The position numbers were made by a program, and so were the translations under genes. A stretch of 61,917 bases of DNA, counting the filler, from Squatina squatina (lineage: Eukaryota), in the NCBI GenBank assembly GCA_031763465.1. It is 4 parts of 4 records of this genome, joined end to end, with 100 filler letters (N's around TTAATTAATTAA, not from the genome) between each part and the next. Parts side by side here need not be neighbours in the genome. Positions count along the whole stretch, not along the records: positions 13,517 to 32,132 come from JARFOE010322440.1; positions 32,233 to 47,186 come from JARFOE010000001.1; 2 more parts are not named here. One strand, written 5' to 3'. Below are positions 21,395-32,482 of the stretch, in pieces (within the stretch, counting starts at the first letter, position 1; every line of letters begins with the position of its first letter). Below the pieces are notes generated by a model, which saw nothing but the letters and a program-made list of their open reading frames with translations, was not told where the DNA came from and searched no databases.

Positions 21395-22740
21395 TTTGCT
21401 ACAGTGTAAAGCTTTGTCGAATCTTGGTTAGGCCACACTTAGAAAACTGCATAAACATCTGGCTAATATATTGGCCCTGAAATTGCTGCCTCCGATCGCA
21501 ATTATCTCTACGTACTTACCTAAGGTTCCTGGATCCAGGTGACCTTGCGAGTTGGAGCACCTCCCCAGAGTTGGAGATTCAGAGCGGGGGTTCTGTCGAT
21601 TCCTGGGCACGTGGAACGAAGAGGCTGGAGATGTCACATGGGAGGCCCCAGCCAATCAGGTCCATGTATCTTTCAATGAAATCCTCACAGTTCTCAGCGA
21701 TCTTTCAAGAACTGTCAAAACTTCAATAAAAGATGAAAAGCAACACGAATACATTGCAAAACATTTTAAAAACTATTCTAACATTAAAATCGAATAAGAA
21801 GGAGATAAATAAGGCAAATAATTTTTTTGGGAAATTTAAAAAATAATCTTTTTAAATGTTTAAAAACATACTTACCTTACTGGGAATGGTTTTAAAGTAA
21901 TGTCCCCTCAATCTTTTTGATTTTAACTTTTTTTTAACAATTGTTACGATGATAAAACCAAACAGATACGCTCGGTTTTACAATGCATAAAAAATTTGAA
22001 GAGATCCCCAGTGCAACTATTGCAGAAATCCCTCAAAGCTCAGCGCTGGGGATGGGCTTCGCAGCCTCGACGTTCGATCTGTCCAGCTGGACAGATCACA
22101 AATGGCGGTTATGCGGGCTTATGATTAAAAGCCCCATAACCAGCTTTTGCGATGTCTCCCCGGGTGTGTGGGAACATCATGCCGACCCGGAGAGATCACA
22201 ATTTCAGGGCCATTATACAAATGTATAGATGCAATGGAGAGCATGCAGAGAAGATTTATAAAGATGATACGTGAAATGCAAGGGCATAAATATCAAGAAA
22301 GGATGAGCAAGCTGGTTATCTTTTCTCTTGAAAAAAGAAGGCTGAGGGGTGACCTGATTGAGGTCTTCAAATATATGAAAGGCTTTGATAGAGTGGGTAC
22401 AGAGAGAATGTTTCCACTGGTGGGGAAGAGCATAGCTAAATTACATCAATATTAGATAGTCACCAAGAAATCCAAAAGGAAATTGAAAAGAACCATATTT
22501 GCCCAAATAGTGTAGAGAATTTGGAACTCGCTACCACAGAGACTGGTTGAATCGATGGTGTAGATGCTTTAAGGGGAGGCTGGACAAGCATATGAGGGAG
22601 CAGGAAATAGAGGGTTATGCTGATAGATTTAGCTGAGGAAAGACGGGAGGAGCTCGAGCAGAACATAAACTCCGGCATGGACTGGTTGGGCCAAATGGCC
22701 TGTTTCTGCGCTGTATATTCTATGTAATCCTAGGTAATCT
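21395..22740 (+). mobile_element. CR1 3' end with tail, interrupted by a MITE
   Basis: LVRPHLE...IDAMESMQRRF...LEKRRLRGDLIEVFK; tail tggcctgtttctgcgctgtatattctatgt. Confidence 0.85.
21473..22211. mobile_element. 739-bp non-autonomous DNA transposon (PIF/Harbinger-superfamily-like)
   Basis: Perfect 13-bp TIR GGCCCTGAAATTG / CAATTTCAGGGCC; ATT duplicated at 21470-21472 and 22212-22214; the host CR1 rejoins when it is removed. Confidence 0.9.
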
Positions 22741-24259
22741 TATTACAGGCGGGGGTCTCTCTATCTGACACAGTGACAAATGGAGCGGCGTCTTGTCACG
22801 TGGTCAGTGTAGGAATGGAGGAAATAGTCGGAACTTGGCTAATCAATGTGATCTTTCAGCTTTTTTTCGGAGATACATAATTAAAATCTCGATTGTGCAC
22901 TGACTGGTGTCTCTCACTCAGCACAAAGGTGGAATCTGCTCTTGTTTTGTACTGGTGGTAAAAGTTTGATGAGTAATTTTATTGACACTGTGTCTCAATC
23001 AGTCTGCCAAAAAACGTAAAGGAATATATGCATGAATAATGTTTTATACAGTTGTTAACTATTACAATTGTTTCAAATAATCATTAAAAAACTCAAGATA
23101 TTCAGACAAAATACAACTGATATTCAGCATCCTGTGTTTGGCTGAACATTTGCAGGTGGTCAGAAAGAATCTTTGGTAACTGCTGTTTTATTATGCGGTT
23201 GTACATTGTTCGAAATAGATTTAAAAATTTCTGAACAGTTTCGGCAGTTAAGATGGAAAGATTATTCCATCTAGTTGGATAGCTCGCAATAAAGAGTGAT
23301 CGACTTAAAATGGGCACAAGGGGAATGAGTAGAGAGGTTAGTCGTAATTTATTTATTCAAAACATTGCTCGAACATGGAATGCTTTGCCTCGGAATGTTT
23401 AGGTGAAAATCAGAGGAATGTTGAAGAAAATAAATTAAATGGATGTGCAGAGAGAGAGGAGGACAGTGCGGGCAGTTTTTGATTGCAGTATCAAAGAGCC
23501 CTATGCAGAGAGAATCGTCCAAATGACCTACTACCGCCCAATGAATTTCTATGATTTTATACTGTTACCTGTATTGGTATCATTTTCATTTTTTGTCTCT
23601 AAAGTACCCTCATCCTCTTTAAGAGCCTATTAAACAAAACATTAAAAATAAACTTGAACCGAGGAAGATACCAGAGATTCAATAGTCACCTGTCCCTTAC
23701 AGATATCCATTTGTCGATAACCTACTTCCCTTTTGTAATTAGCTGCCTGTGCAGGGCCAGATCTTCCAGCCCATCCCATAATTCATCACCGTTTATTTAG
23801 CAGAGGAACCTTGTCCCCTGCATCGTTAAAATCTGACTCAGGAATCTTCACTAATTGACGAATTTTACAACAATGTCAGTGATCTGACGCTCTCATTCAC
23901 GGCTTCCCTGATCCTCAGTAATGTTGAGTGTTTCATAATTCACTGCAGATCAAGTTTCCTCCGTGATCCAGAAGTGAGAACAAAGAACAGAGGCACACCG
24001 GCGATGGGCAATGGGCGCTGCAGGCTTTGAGCTTGTAGCTTGAAACTTGCAGGTTGAACTTGCAGTTTGGGCTGAAATGACTTCACTGTCAGAGCAGTTG
24101 AAGAGAGGAAAAACAGGCAGAGGGTGTCCATGGATGGCCACAGATACAGTTGAAGAGAAGAGCAGGTCAGAAAGGAGATTGTAGCCCCTGAGTGATAAGT
24201 GTCGCCTTAATAACTGTACTCGGTATTCGCTGTGATTAGGGAGGGTGGGGGATATGCAC

Positions 24260-26343
24260 ATTAAATCACCATCTGGAAGATAGAAGTATATCTAGTGTAC
24301 ATATGAGTGACAGGCGATTTCCCCTAACTGTTGCATGCCAGTGTTTATTCTCCACACGAGCTTCCTCCCACCCATCTTCATCAAACCCTATCAGCATAAC
24401 CTTCCAACCAGGACCTATGCCTAAATTGGAAATTTCCATCTTGGCGCGTTGAAGATTGTGGGCTTGGGTCTGCTCAACCAGAAGACTCGCTGGATAGGTG
24501 CCAGTACATTTCCCAAATGCATTCCATCGATTTGATCATCAAAATCTCGTTGATCAATATGACCTGGTTGTGGAGACAGTTGCCTCATCAGATGGAAATA
24601 CTAACAATGTGAGTGAGATCAATGGATGAATTTTTGCAATAATGCAAGTACTTATGACAATTTGATGAAAGCTTTGAAAGATGTGAAACTGGAACTTTTG
24701 TGAAACCTCATGTTTACGTGCAGATTCTGCATTGCTTTGCAAAAAAAATCACTGTGGTGAACTGTTTAGATGGAACTGAAAGTGTGACAAATTAAGCTTC
24801 ATCAGCGGAAGACTCTTGGTGATATTGTGTACTAACAGTTAAAAGTTGAAGTGAAAAAGAGAAAAATGGAATTATCGAGTGGTCTTCAACAAGGTTCAGT
24901 ATAAGGGCTATTGCTGTTTTAATATATATTAATGACTTGAATTTGATGGTACAGGACAGAATTTTGAAATTTGTAGATTATACGAAACTTCGAAGTATAG
25001 TAAACAGTGGCGAAGATAGTGATGAACTTCAAAAATACATAGACAGGCTGGTGGAATAGATGGACACATCTCAAATGAAATTCGACTCAGAGAAGCGTGC
25101 AGTGATAATATGAATGAGCAGAGAAGATACACAATAAATTATGTAATTTTAAAGGGGGTGCAATAACAGAGAGATCTGGGGGTATTTGTTTCACAAATGT
25201 TTGAGTTTGGTTGGACAAGATAACAGAATTAGCTGATAAAGATATGGGATCCTGTGCTTTACAAATAGAGGTGTAGAGTACAAAAGTCAGGACGTTATGC
25301 TGAATCTCTAGAAAACACTAGTTCCACCCCAGCTGGGGGAGTGTGGAAAATTCAGGACACCACACTTTAGGAAGGACACGATAGCTTTAGAGAGGGTACA
25401 GAAGGGATTTACCACAGCGGTTCTAGGGATGAGGGATTACAGTTATTGGGATAGACTCGAGAAGCTGGGGTTGTTCTCCTTGAAGCAGACAAGGCTAAGA
25501 GGAGTTTTGATAGAGGTGTTCAAAATCATGAAGAGTTTAGTTAGAGGAAATAAAGTGAAACTCTGTTTGATAATGACAGGACACAGATTTTAGATGATTG
25601 GCAAAAGAACCAGGGGGCACGTGTGGAAAAATTATTTTACACAACGAGTGGTTAGGATTTGGATTGTACTGCTGATGGAGGCAGACTCAATCCTGGCTTT
25701 CAAAAGTGAATTGGATAAATAATCGAAGAGGAAAAATGCAGGGATAAGGGGAAAGAGTGGGTGATTGGGAGTACCTGGATCGCTCTTCGAAAGAGCAGAC
25801 ACAGACTCCATGGGTCGAAAGACATGCTTCTGTGGCGTAGGTTTTTAAGATTCTAAATATCACCTTTCATGACCTCAGGATGCCCCAAAGCACTGTACAG
25901 AAAAGTAAGCATGTTGGAATTACAGTCATTGTTGCAATGTAACAAACGCGATGTCCAAGTTTGCACACAGCAAGCTCCAACTACAGAAATGTGCCATGGA
26001 TTGGATAATGTGTCATATTGTGATGATGTTTAATGATCAATATTGGCCCGGATACCAATGAGAACTCGCCTGCTCTTCTTCCAAAATAGTGCCATGGGAT
26101 CTATTTTGTCCACCTGAGAGGGCAGAGGAGGCCCTCGTTTAAACGTCTCATCTGAAAGACAGCACCACAGACAGCACAGCACTCCCTCAATAATGAAGTA
26201 GCAGTGTTGGCCTAGCTGTTGTGCGCAAGTCTCTGGTGAGGGGCTGGAACACAAAACCGTCTGATTCAGTGTTGATGACACTACGCTTGACATAATTCTC
26301 GTCATTCTGGCCTCTTTGTCAAAAGATCGTGGATTCAAGTCCC
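24260..26343 (+). repeat. Segmental duplicate, copy A (unknown block + CR1 3' end + SINEs)
   Basis: Collinear similarity to 28455-30540 that continues across unrelated repeat junctions. Confidence 0.85.
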
Positions 26344-26607
26344 ACTGCACAGATTTGAGCACATCACCTAGGCCGGCTGTACTGAGGAAGCGCTGTTCTA
26401 TCAGTGATGCCCACATTCGGAGTCGCTATAACGAGGCCCAGTCTTCCCTCTCAGGTGGAACTAAATGATCCGTGGTACAATTGGAAGAAGAACAGGTGAG
26501 TTTGCCGCGGTGTTCTGGCCTGTGTTTATCCATCGACCAGCATGACTGAAAAAAGATTAACGGTTTATTATCATATGGCTATTTGTGGGAGCTTGCTATG
26601 CGCAAAC

Positions 26608-27063
26608 AGCAGCATAGTGGTTCTGTTACTGAACTAGTACTCTAGAGGCACAGACTAATAATCCGGTAAATGTGAGTTCAAATCCCATCATGGCAACTGG
26701 GGAAATCTAAATATTGTTAATTAAATAAATCTGGATTAAAAAGTAAGTACCTGTAATGATGATCATGAAACTAGAGGATTGTCGTAATAAACCCATCAGG
26801 TTCACTAAGCTCCTGCCTTCCTTATCCGATCTGGCCTATATGTGACTCCACAACCAAAACAATGTGGTTAACTCATAACTGCCCTTTGAATTTACCTAGC
26901 AAGGCACTCAGTTTTACTACAAAGCTCGCACTGCGGGAGTACCTTCAGCAGAAGGACAACAGCAGTACAAGAAGGCGGCACAACACAACCTTCTGAAGGC
27001 AATTAGCCATGGGCAATAAATGCCGGCCTTACTTGCAATGCACACATCTTATGAAAGAATAAA
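26608..27063 (+). mobile_element. tRNA-derived SINE with RTE-X-like tail
   Basis: catagtggt (A box) and gagttcaaatccc (B box); tail aagaaggcggcacaacacaaccttctgaaggcaattag...gcaataaatgccggcctt. Confidence 0.7.
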
Positions 27064-27670
27064 TTAATAAAAAGGCTGCCTTGTTAACCATATTACAATA
27101 TTGACATACTCTTGAAAAAAAATAAAGCACTGAATTGGTTGGAAAGCGATTTGGGACATCCCGAGATTGTGAATCATGATATAAATGGGGGTTCGTTCTT
27201 TATCTCTTTCCCTGACAAATGATACACTCAATCCCGTAAAGAAATCCAATCCCACCATCCTCATTCGGCCAAAATATCCTCATCCAGTGCAAGTGTTGAG
27301 GACATTCGCATCCTGTTTTATCTATTCCATCTGGATACTGATTGGAATGTAATGGTCAGTCCTCACTCTCATAAAAGTTCCCAAATTGGCTGTCAACTCT
27401 GACAAGGAATTGCAGCTTTAAATGGAAATACTGTGAATGAGTATAAAATTATGGGCGAAATTTCTGCACAGTTATGATACTACGATGAAGAGTATCAAGG
27501 AGGTGAATAGGGAACAGCTGTTTATTGGGAGCGATAGATTTTTGTTGGATAAGTATTTGAAGGAATTGGAGGAAAGGTGGTAAAATCGAATTGAGAGATA
27601 GATCAGCCATTATCTAATTCAATAGCGGATCACTTTCGAGTTGGCTACATGGCTTCCTCCTGTTCATCGG

Positions 27671-28170
27671 TAACAGGCCTGTAGGGGTGAACAGCCGCCT
27701 CCTGTTCCGATGTAACAGGCTCCAGGGAGTGATTGGCCTCATCCTGTTGTTATGTAGCAGACTTTGGCGGGCATGGGAAAGTAATTCTCCAGTTCTTATT
27801 TAACGGTCTCGAGGGTCTGAACAGCCTATTTCTTTGCCTATGTAAGAGGCTCGAGGTGCAGAATGACCTCCTAATGTTCCTGTATAAAAAGTTCGAGGGT
27901 TTAAATGACCTCCCTCTTTTCTTATGTCACAGTAACGAGTGTCTGAATGGCCTCCTATTTTCCCTATGTAACAGTATCGAATATCTGAGTCGCCTCCTCT
28001 TATTCTTATGTAACACATCGAATGGCCTTCTCCTATTCCTATGTAACAGATTCGAGTGTCTGAATGGTCATCTCCTTTTTCTACGTAACAGTATCAAGGG
28101 TTTGAATGGCCTCCGCCTATTCCTATGTGACAAGATCGAGTGTCTGAATGGTCTGTATCTGTTCCTATGA
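27671..28170 (+). repeat. 42-bp minisatellite (~12 units) derived from a CR1 3' tail
   Basis: Unit approximately taacaggctcgagggtctgaatggcctcctcctgttcctatg; starts at 27671, 27713, 27801, 27843, 27885, 27927, 27969, 28011. Confidence 0.85.
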
Positions 28171-28454
28171 GCGTGAATCAGTATGTGGTCTCCACCTGCA
28201 GCCAGGTCAGATACGATCGCTCTTTCCTTATTTAACAGGCTCTGGGTGGTGATCACCTCAAGGACTCAGGCAGATATTGAAAATAAAAGCTACTCAGATG
28301 CCCAATCACCATTTACCATAAAGAGCTGCGCCCACTTCATTTGGGACCTGATAATATTTTCATCCATCGGGATACCTCCAATTGGAAAGCCAAAATTCTC
28401 TACTCCTTTTCCAAAATCGGAAGTTAACTTGGAATCTCATATGACCATTAAAGG

Positions 28455-30540
28455 ACTCAATAACCATCTGGAAGAGAGACTTGCATCTAATGTACAGCAC
28501 AGTGACAGACCATTTCCCCTAACTGGTGCAAACCAGTGTTTAAGCTGGACAGGAGTCTCCTCCCACCAATCTTCATCTAACCCAGTCAGCATAACTTCTA
28601 AACTGACAAAACAACAAGTGAATTAACACAACGCTTCAATTGGCCCATTGAAGGTGGTAGGCTTGTATGTGTTCAAGCACAGGACTCCCTGATTAGGTGC
28701 CAGTATACTTTCCAAAGGCATTCTATCGATTTGATCCATGGAATCTCGTTGATCAATATATCCCGGTTGCGGAGAGAATTGCCCCATCAGGTAGAAATAC
28801 TGACATCGTGAGTAAGATCAAAGGCTGAATTTTGGCAATAATGTAACTAGTTATGACAATTTGATGAAAGACATGAAAGATGTTAAACTGGAACTGTTGT
28901 GAAACCGAATGTGTGCATGCAGATTCTGCTTTGCTTTGCAAAAAGATCATCTTGCTGAACTCTTTAGATGAACTGAAACTGATACGTGTCAAGTTGAAAC
29001 TATTTCTTCATTTGGAAATTCTTGGTGATATTGTGTACTAAAAATTATAAGTGGAAATAAAAAGAAAAGATGGAGGTATTGCGTTCAGTTCCTCAGGAGT
29101 CGATATTAGGACCACTGCAACTTTTGATATATATTAATGACTTGGGGTTACAGGGCACAATTTTTAAATTTGCAGATGCCACGAAACTTAGAAGCTTAGT
29201 AAAAAATGAGGAAAATAGTCATCGATTGAAAGAGACACAGACTGGCTGGTGGATTAGACAGACACAACTGAAATGAAGTTGAATCTAGAGAAGTGTGAGG
29301 TGAGACGATTGATACTGAGAATGAGGAGAGACCATACACACTAAATTGTACAAAGAGACCTGGGGGTGCCTGTTCATAAATGTTTGACGTTGGCTGGACA
29401 AGTTAGCAGAGCAGTTAATAAAGCAAATGGGATCCTGGGATTTATAAATAGAGGCATAGAGTCCAAAAGCCAGGACGTTATGCTCAACCTGTATAAAACA
29501 TGAGTTCCACCCCAGCAGTGGTATTGTGCCCAATCCTGGACACAGCATGTTAGGAAGGACACGAAGGCTTGAGTGAGGGTACAGATTAGATTTACTGCAA
29601 TGGTTGCAGGGGTAGGGGATTACAGTTATCGGGATAGACTAGAGAAGCTGGGATTGTTCTCCTTTAAGCAGAGAGGGCTAAGAGGAGATTTGATAGAGGT
29701 CTTGAAAATCATGAAGGATTTAGAAAGAGTAAATTAAGCGAAACTGTTTCCAATAATGAATGGTCAATAACGACAGTCACAAATTTAAGGTGATTGGCAG
29801 AAGAACCAGAGGCGACATGAGAATAATTTATTTGGTCGCAATGAGTGGTTAGGATTTGGAATGCACTGGCCGATAGGCTGGTGGAGGCAGATTCAATCAT
29901 GGCTTTCAAGAGGAGATTGGATAAATAATTGAAGAAGAAAAAAATGCAGCAGTAAGGGGAAAGAGTGGGGGATTGGGAGTCCCTGGATCACTCTTCGAAA
30001 GAGCAGGCACAGATTCCATGGGCCCAATGGCCCGCCTCTGTACTGTACGAGTCTATGATTCTATATCGAGCCTTTCATAATCTAAGGATGACCCAAAGCG
30101 CTTTACAGAAAAGTAAGCATGTTTGAATTGCAGCCACTGTTGTAATGTAACAAACGAGGTAGCCAAATATGCACACAGCAAAGTCCAACGACAGCAATGC
30201 GACAATGATTGGATAAAGTGTTTTACAGTGATCAATATTAACCACGATGTCAGGGGAGAACTTGACTGCTCTTCTTCGAAAAAAAATGCAATGGGATCTA
30301 TTTCGTCCACCTGAGAGGCCAGACGAGGCCCTCGTTTTAATGACTCATCAGAAAGACAGCACCACAGACAGCGCAGCACTCCCTCAGTAATTCACTTGTC
30401 ATGTTGGTTTAGATGTTGTCTTCAGGTCTCTGCTGTGGGGCTTGAACCCAAAGACGTCAGATTCAGAGCTGGCGTCTATACATTTGAAATCGTTCCCATC
30501 ACTCTGGCCTCTGAGTCAGAAGGTCGTGGGTTTAAGTCAC
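28455..30540 (+). repeat. Segmental duplicate, copy B
   Basis: Same order of parts as 24260-26343; ends where the next CR1 begins. Confidence 0.85.
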
Positions 30541-32065
30541 AGAATCAATCACCAAATCTAGAGAAAAAGCACTAGGCAAACTAATGGGATGAGAGGCTGA
30601 TAAGCCACCTGGACATGAATACATTCTAGTGTCTTAAAATAAGTGGCTGCAGAGAGAGTGGATGCAGAGGTGCAATCTTTCAAAATTCCAGAGATTCTGG
30701 GAAGGGGCCAGCGGCTTGGAAAACCACAAATTTAAACCCCAATTCAAAAAAGGAGGGAGACAGAAAGCAGGAAGCTATAGGCGAGTAGTCATTACCTCTG
30801 TCATTAGGAAAATACGACAACCCATTATTAAGAACGTAGTAGCAGGACATTTAGATAAAACATAAGACAATCAAGCAGAGTCAACATGGTTTTATGAAAG
30901 GGATATCATATTTGACAAATTTATTAGGGTTCTTTGAGGAAGTAACGAGGAGGGTGAATAAAGGGGAACCAGTAGATATAGTGTATTTGGATTTCCAAAA
31001 GGCATATGAAAAGGTGCCACATAAAAGGTTAATGCACAAGATACGAGCTCATGGTGTTGGGGATAATATATTAGCATGGATAGAGGATTGACTAACTACA
31101 GAAAACAGAGAGATGGGAAAAGCGAGTCATTTTCAGGTTGGCAATCTATAACTAGTGGGTTGCCACGGGGATCAGTGCTGGGGCTTCAAATATTTACTAT
31201 CCGTATTTATGACTTGGATGAATGAAGCAAGTGTATTGTAGCCAAATTTGCTGACGTTTGTTAGGAGGAAACAAAGCGTCTGCAAAGGGATATAAATAGG
31301 GTAATGAGTGGGCAGAAATGGGGCAGATGGTGTGTAATGTGGGAAATGTGAGGTTATCCATTTTGTTAAGAATAGAAAGGCAAAATATTTAAATGTAGAG
31401 AGACAGCAGAGGGATTTGGGTGTCCCCGTAAATGAAACACATGAAGTAGCATGCAGTTGCAGCAAGTAACTAGGAAGGCAAATTGAATGTTGGCCATTAT
31501 TGCAAGAGAGATGGAGTTTAAATTGGAGAAGTCTTGCTCTATCTGTAGAGGGCCTTGGTGAGACCGCCTACAGTTTTGATCTTACTGTTTAAGGAGGGAT
31601 ATAATTGTATTTGAGACAGTTCAGAGAAGGTTCACTAGGTTGGTCCATGAAGCAGCATTCTTATGAGGAAAGATTGAGCAGGGTGGTCCAATACCCATTG
31701 GAGTTTCGAAGAATCAGAGGTGAGCTTATTGAAACACATAAGATTCTGAGTGGGCTTGACAGGGTAGATGCTGAGAGGATGTTTCACCTTGTGAGTGTAT
31801 CTATAATTAGGGGTATAGATTCAGAATAAGATTTATCCCATTTAAAAATGGAGATGAGGAGGAATTTCTTCTCACTCAGTGTCATGAATTTTTGGAATTC
31901 TTTACAGCAGCGAGCTGACAAGGCCGAGTCATTGAATGCAGTCAAGCCTGAGATAGGCAGATTTTGAACTACATTGGAGTCGATGATTATGGAGAACAAG
32001 CAGGAAAGTGGAGCTGAGACCAAGGTCAGATCATCCATCATCTTAATGAATGGTGGAGCAGGATT
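30541..32065 (+). mobile_element. 5'-truncated CR1 LINE (RT and 3' UTR), followed by an inverted CR1 tail to 32132
   Basis: KKGGRQKAGSYR, LTNLLGFFEEVT, VDIVYLDFQKA, IFMT/KFAD region and LEFRRIRGELIETHKIL. Confidence 0.92.
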
Positions 32066-32132
32066 ATAGAAAATAGGTGCAGGAGTAGGCCACTCGGCCA
32101 TTCGAGTCTGCACCGCCATTCAATATGAGCAT

Positions 32133-32232
32133 NNNNNNNNNNNNNNNNNNNNNNNNNNNNNNNNNNNNNNNNNNNNTTAATTAATTAANNNNNNNNNNNN
32201 NNNNNNNNNNNNNNNNNNNNNNNNNNNNNNNN
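32133..32232. other. Artificial join: N44-TTAATTAATTAA-N44
   Basis: Linker at 32177-32188. Confidence 0.97.
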
Positions 32233-32311
32233 AAGACTTCAGCACTTCTGAATGATGTACGGTACTGTTGAAAGAAAATAGAAATTGATTTTTTAATTTT
32301 CTTTCCCATAG

Positions 32312-32482
32312 GAACAAGAGCTAAATGCCCGTACCAGAGCATTGCAAGCGTCCTCTACTACATGTTCGTTTCGTCCACGTGGTTTTGATGATAGTGACCC
32401 ACCAGGGAGTTGCGGCCCAAGTGGTGGTGGTGGAGGAGGAGGAGGTGGTGGGTTTAATACTATTAGCCGGCTTGTCTTCTGA
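32312..32482 (+). CDS. USP38: Ubiquitin-specific peptidase 38, last coding exon
   Basis: tag|EQELNARTRALQASSTTCSFRPRGFDDSDPPGSCGPS(G10)FNTISRLVF*; matches the recalled human C-terminus, and GAB1 lies downstream as in human. Confidence 0.94.
   Translation, partial: EQELNARTRALQASSTTCSFRPRGFDDSDPPGSCGPSGGGGGGGGGGFNTISRLVF

Noticed and set aside
26608-26690. tRNA gene
   Set aside because: A and B boxes are present but they head a SINE body and tail; no cloverleaf is evident
27733-28170. 145-aa ORF with a 14-aa leucine-rich repeat
   Set aside because: It is an in-frame reading of the 42-bp CR1-tail minisatellite, with no splice or homology support
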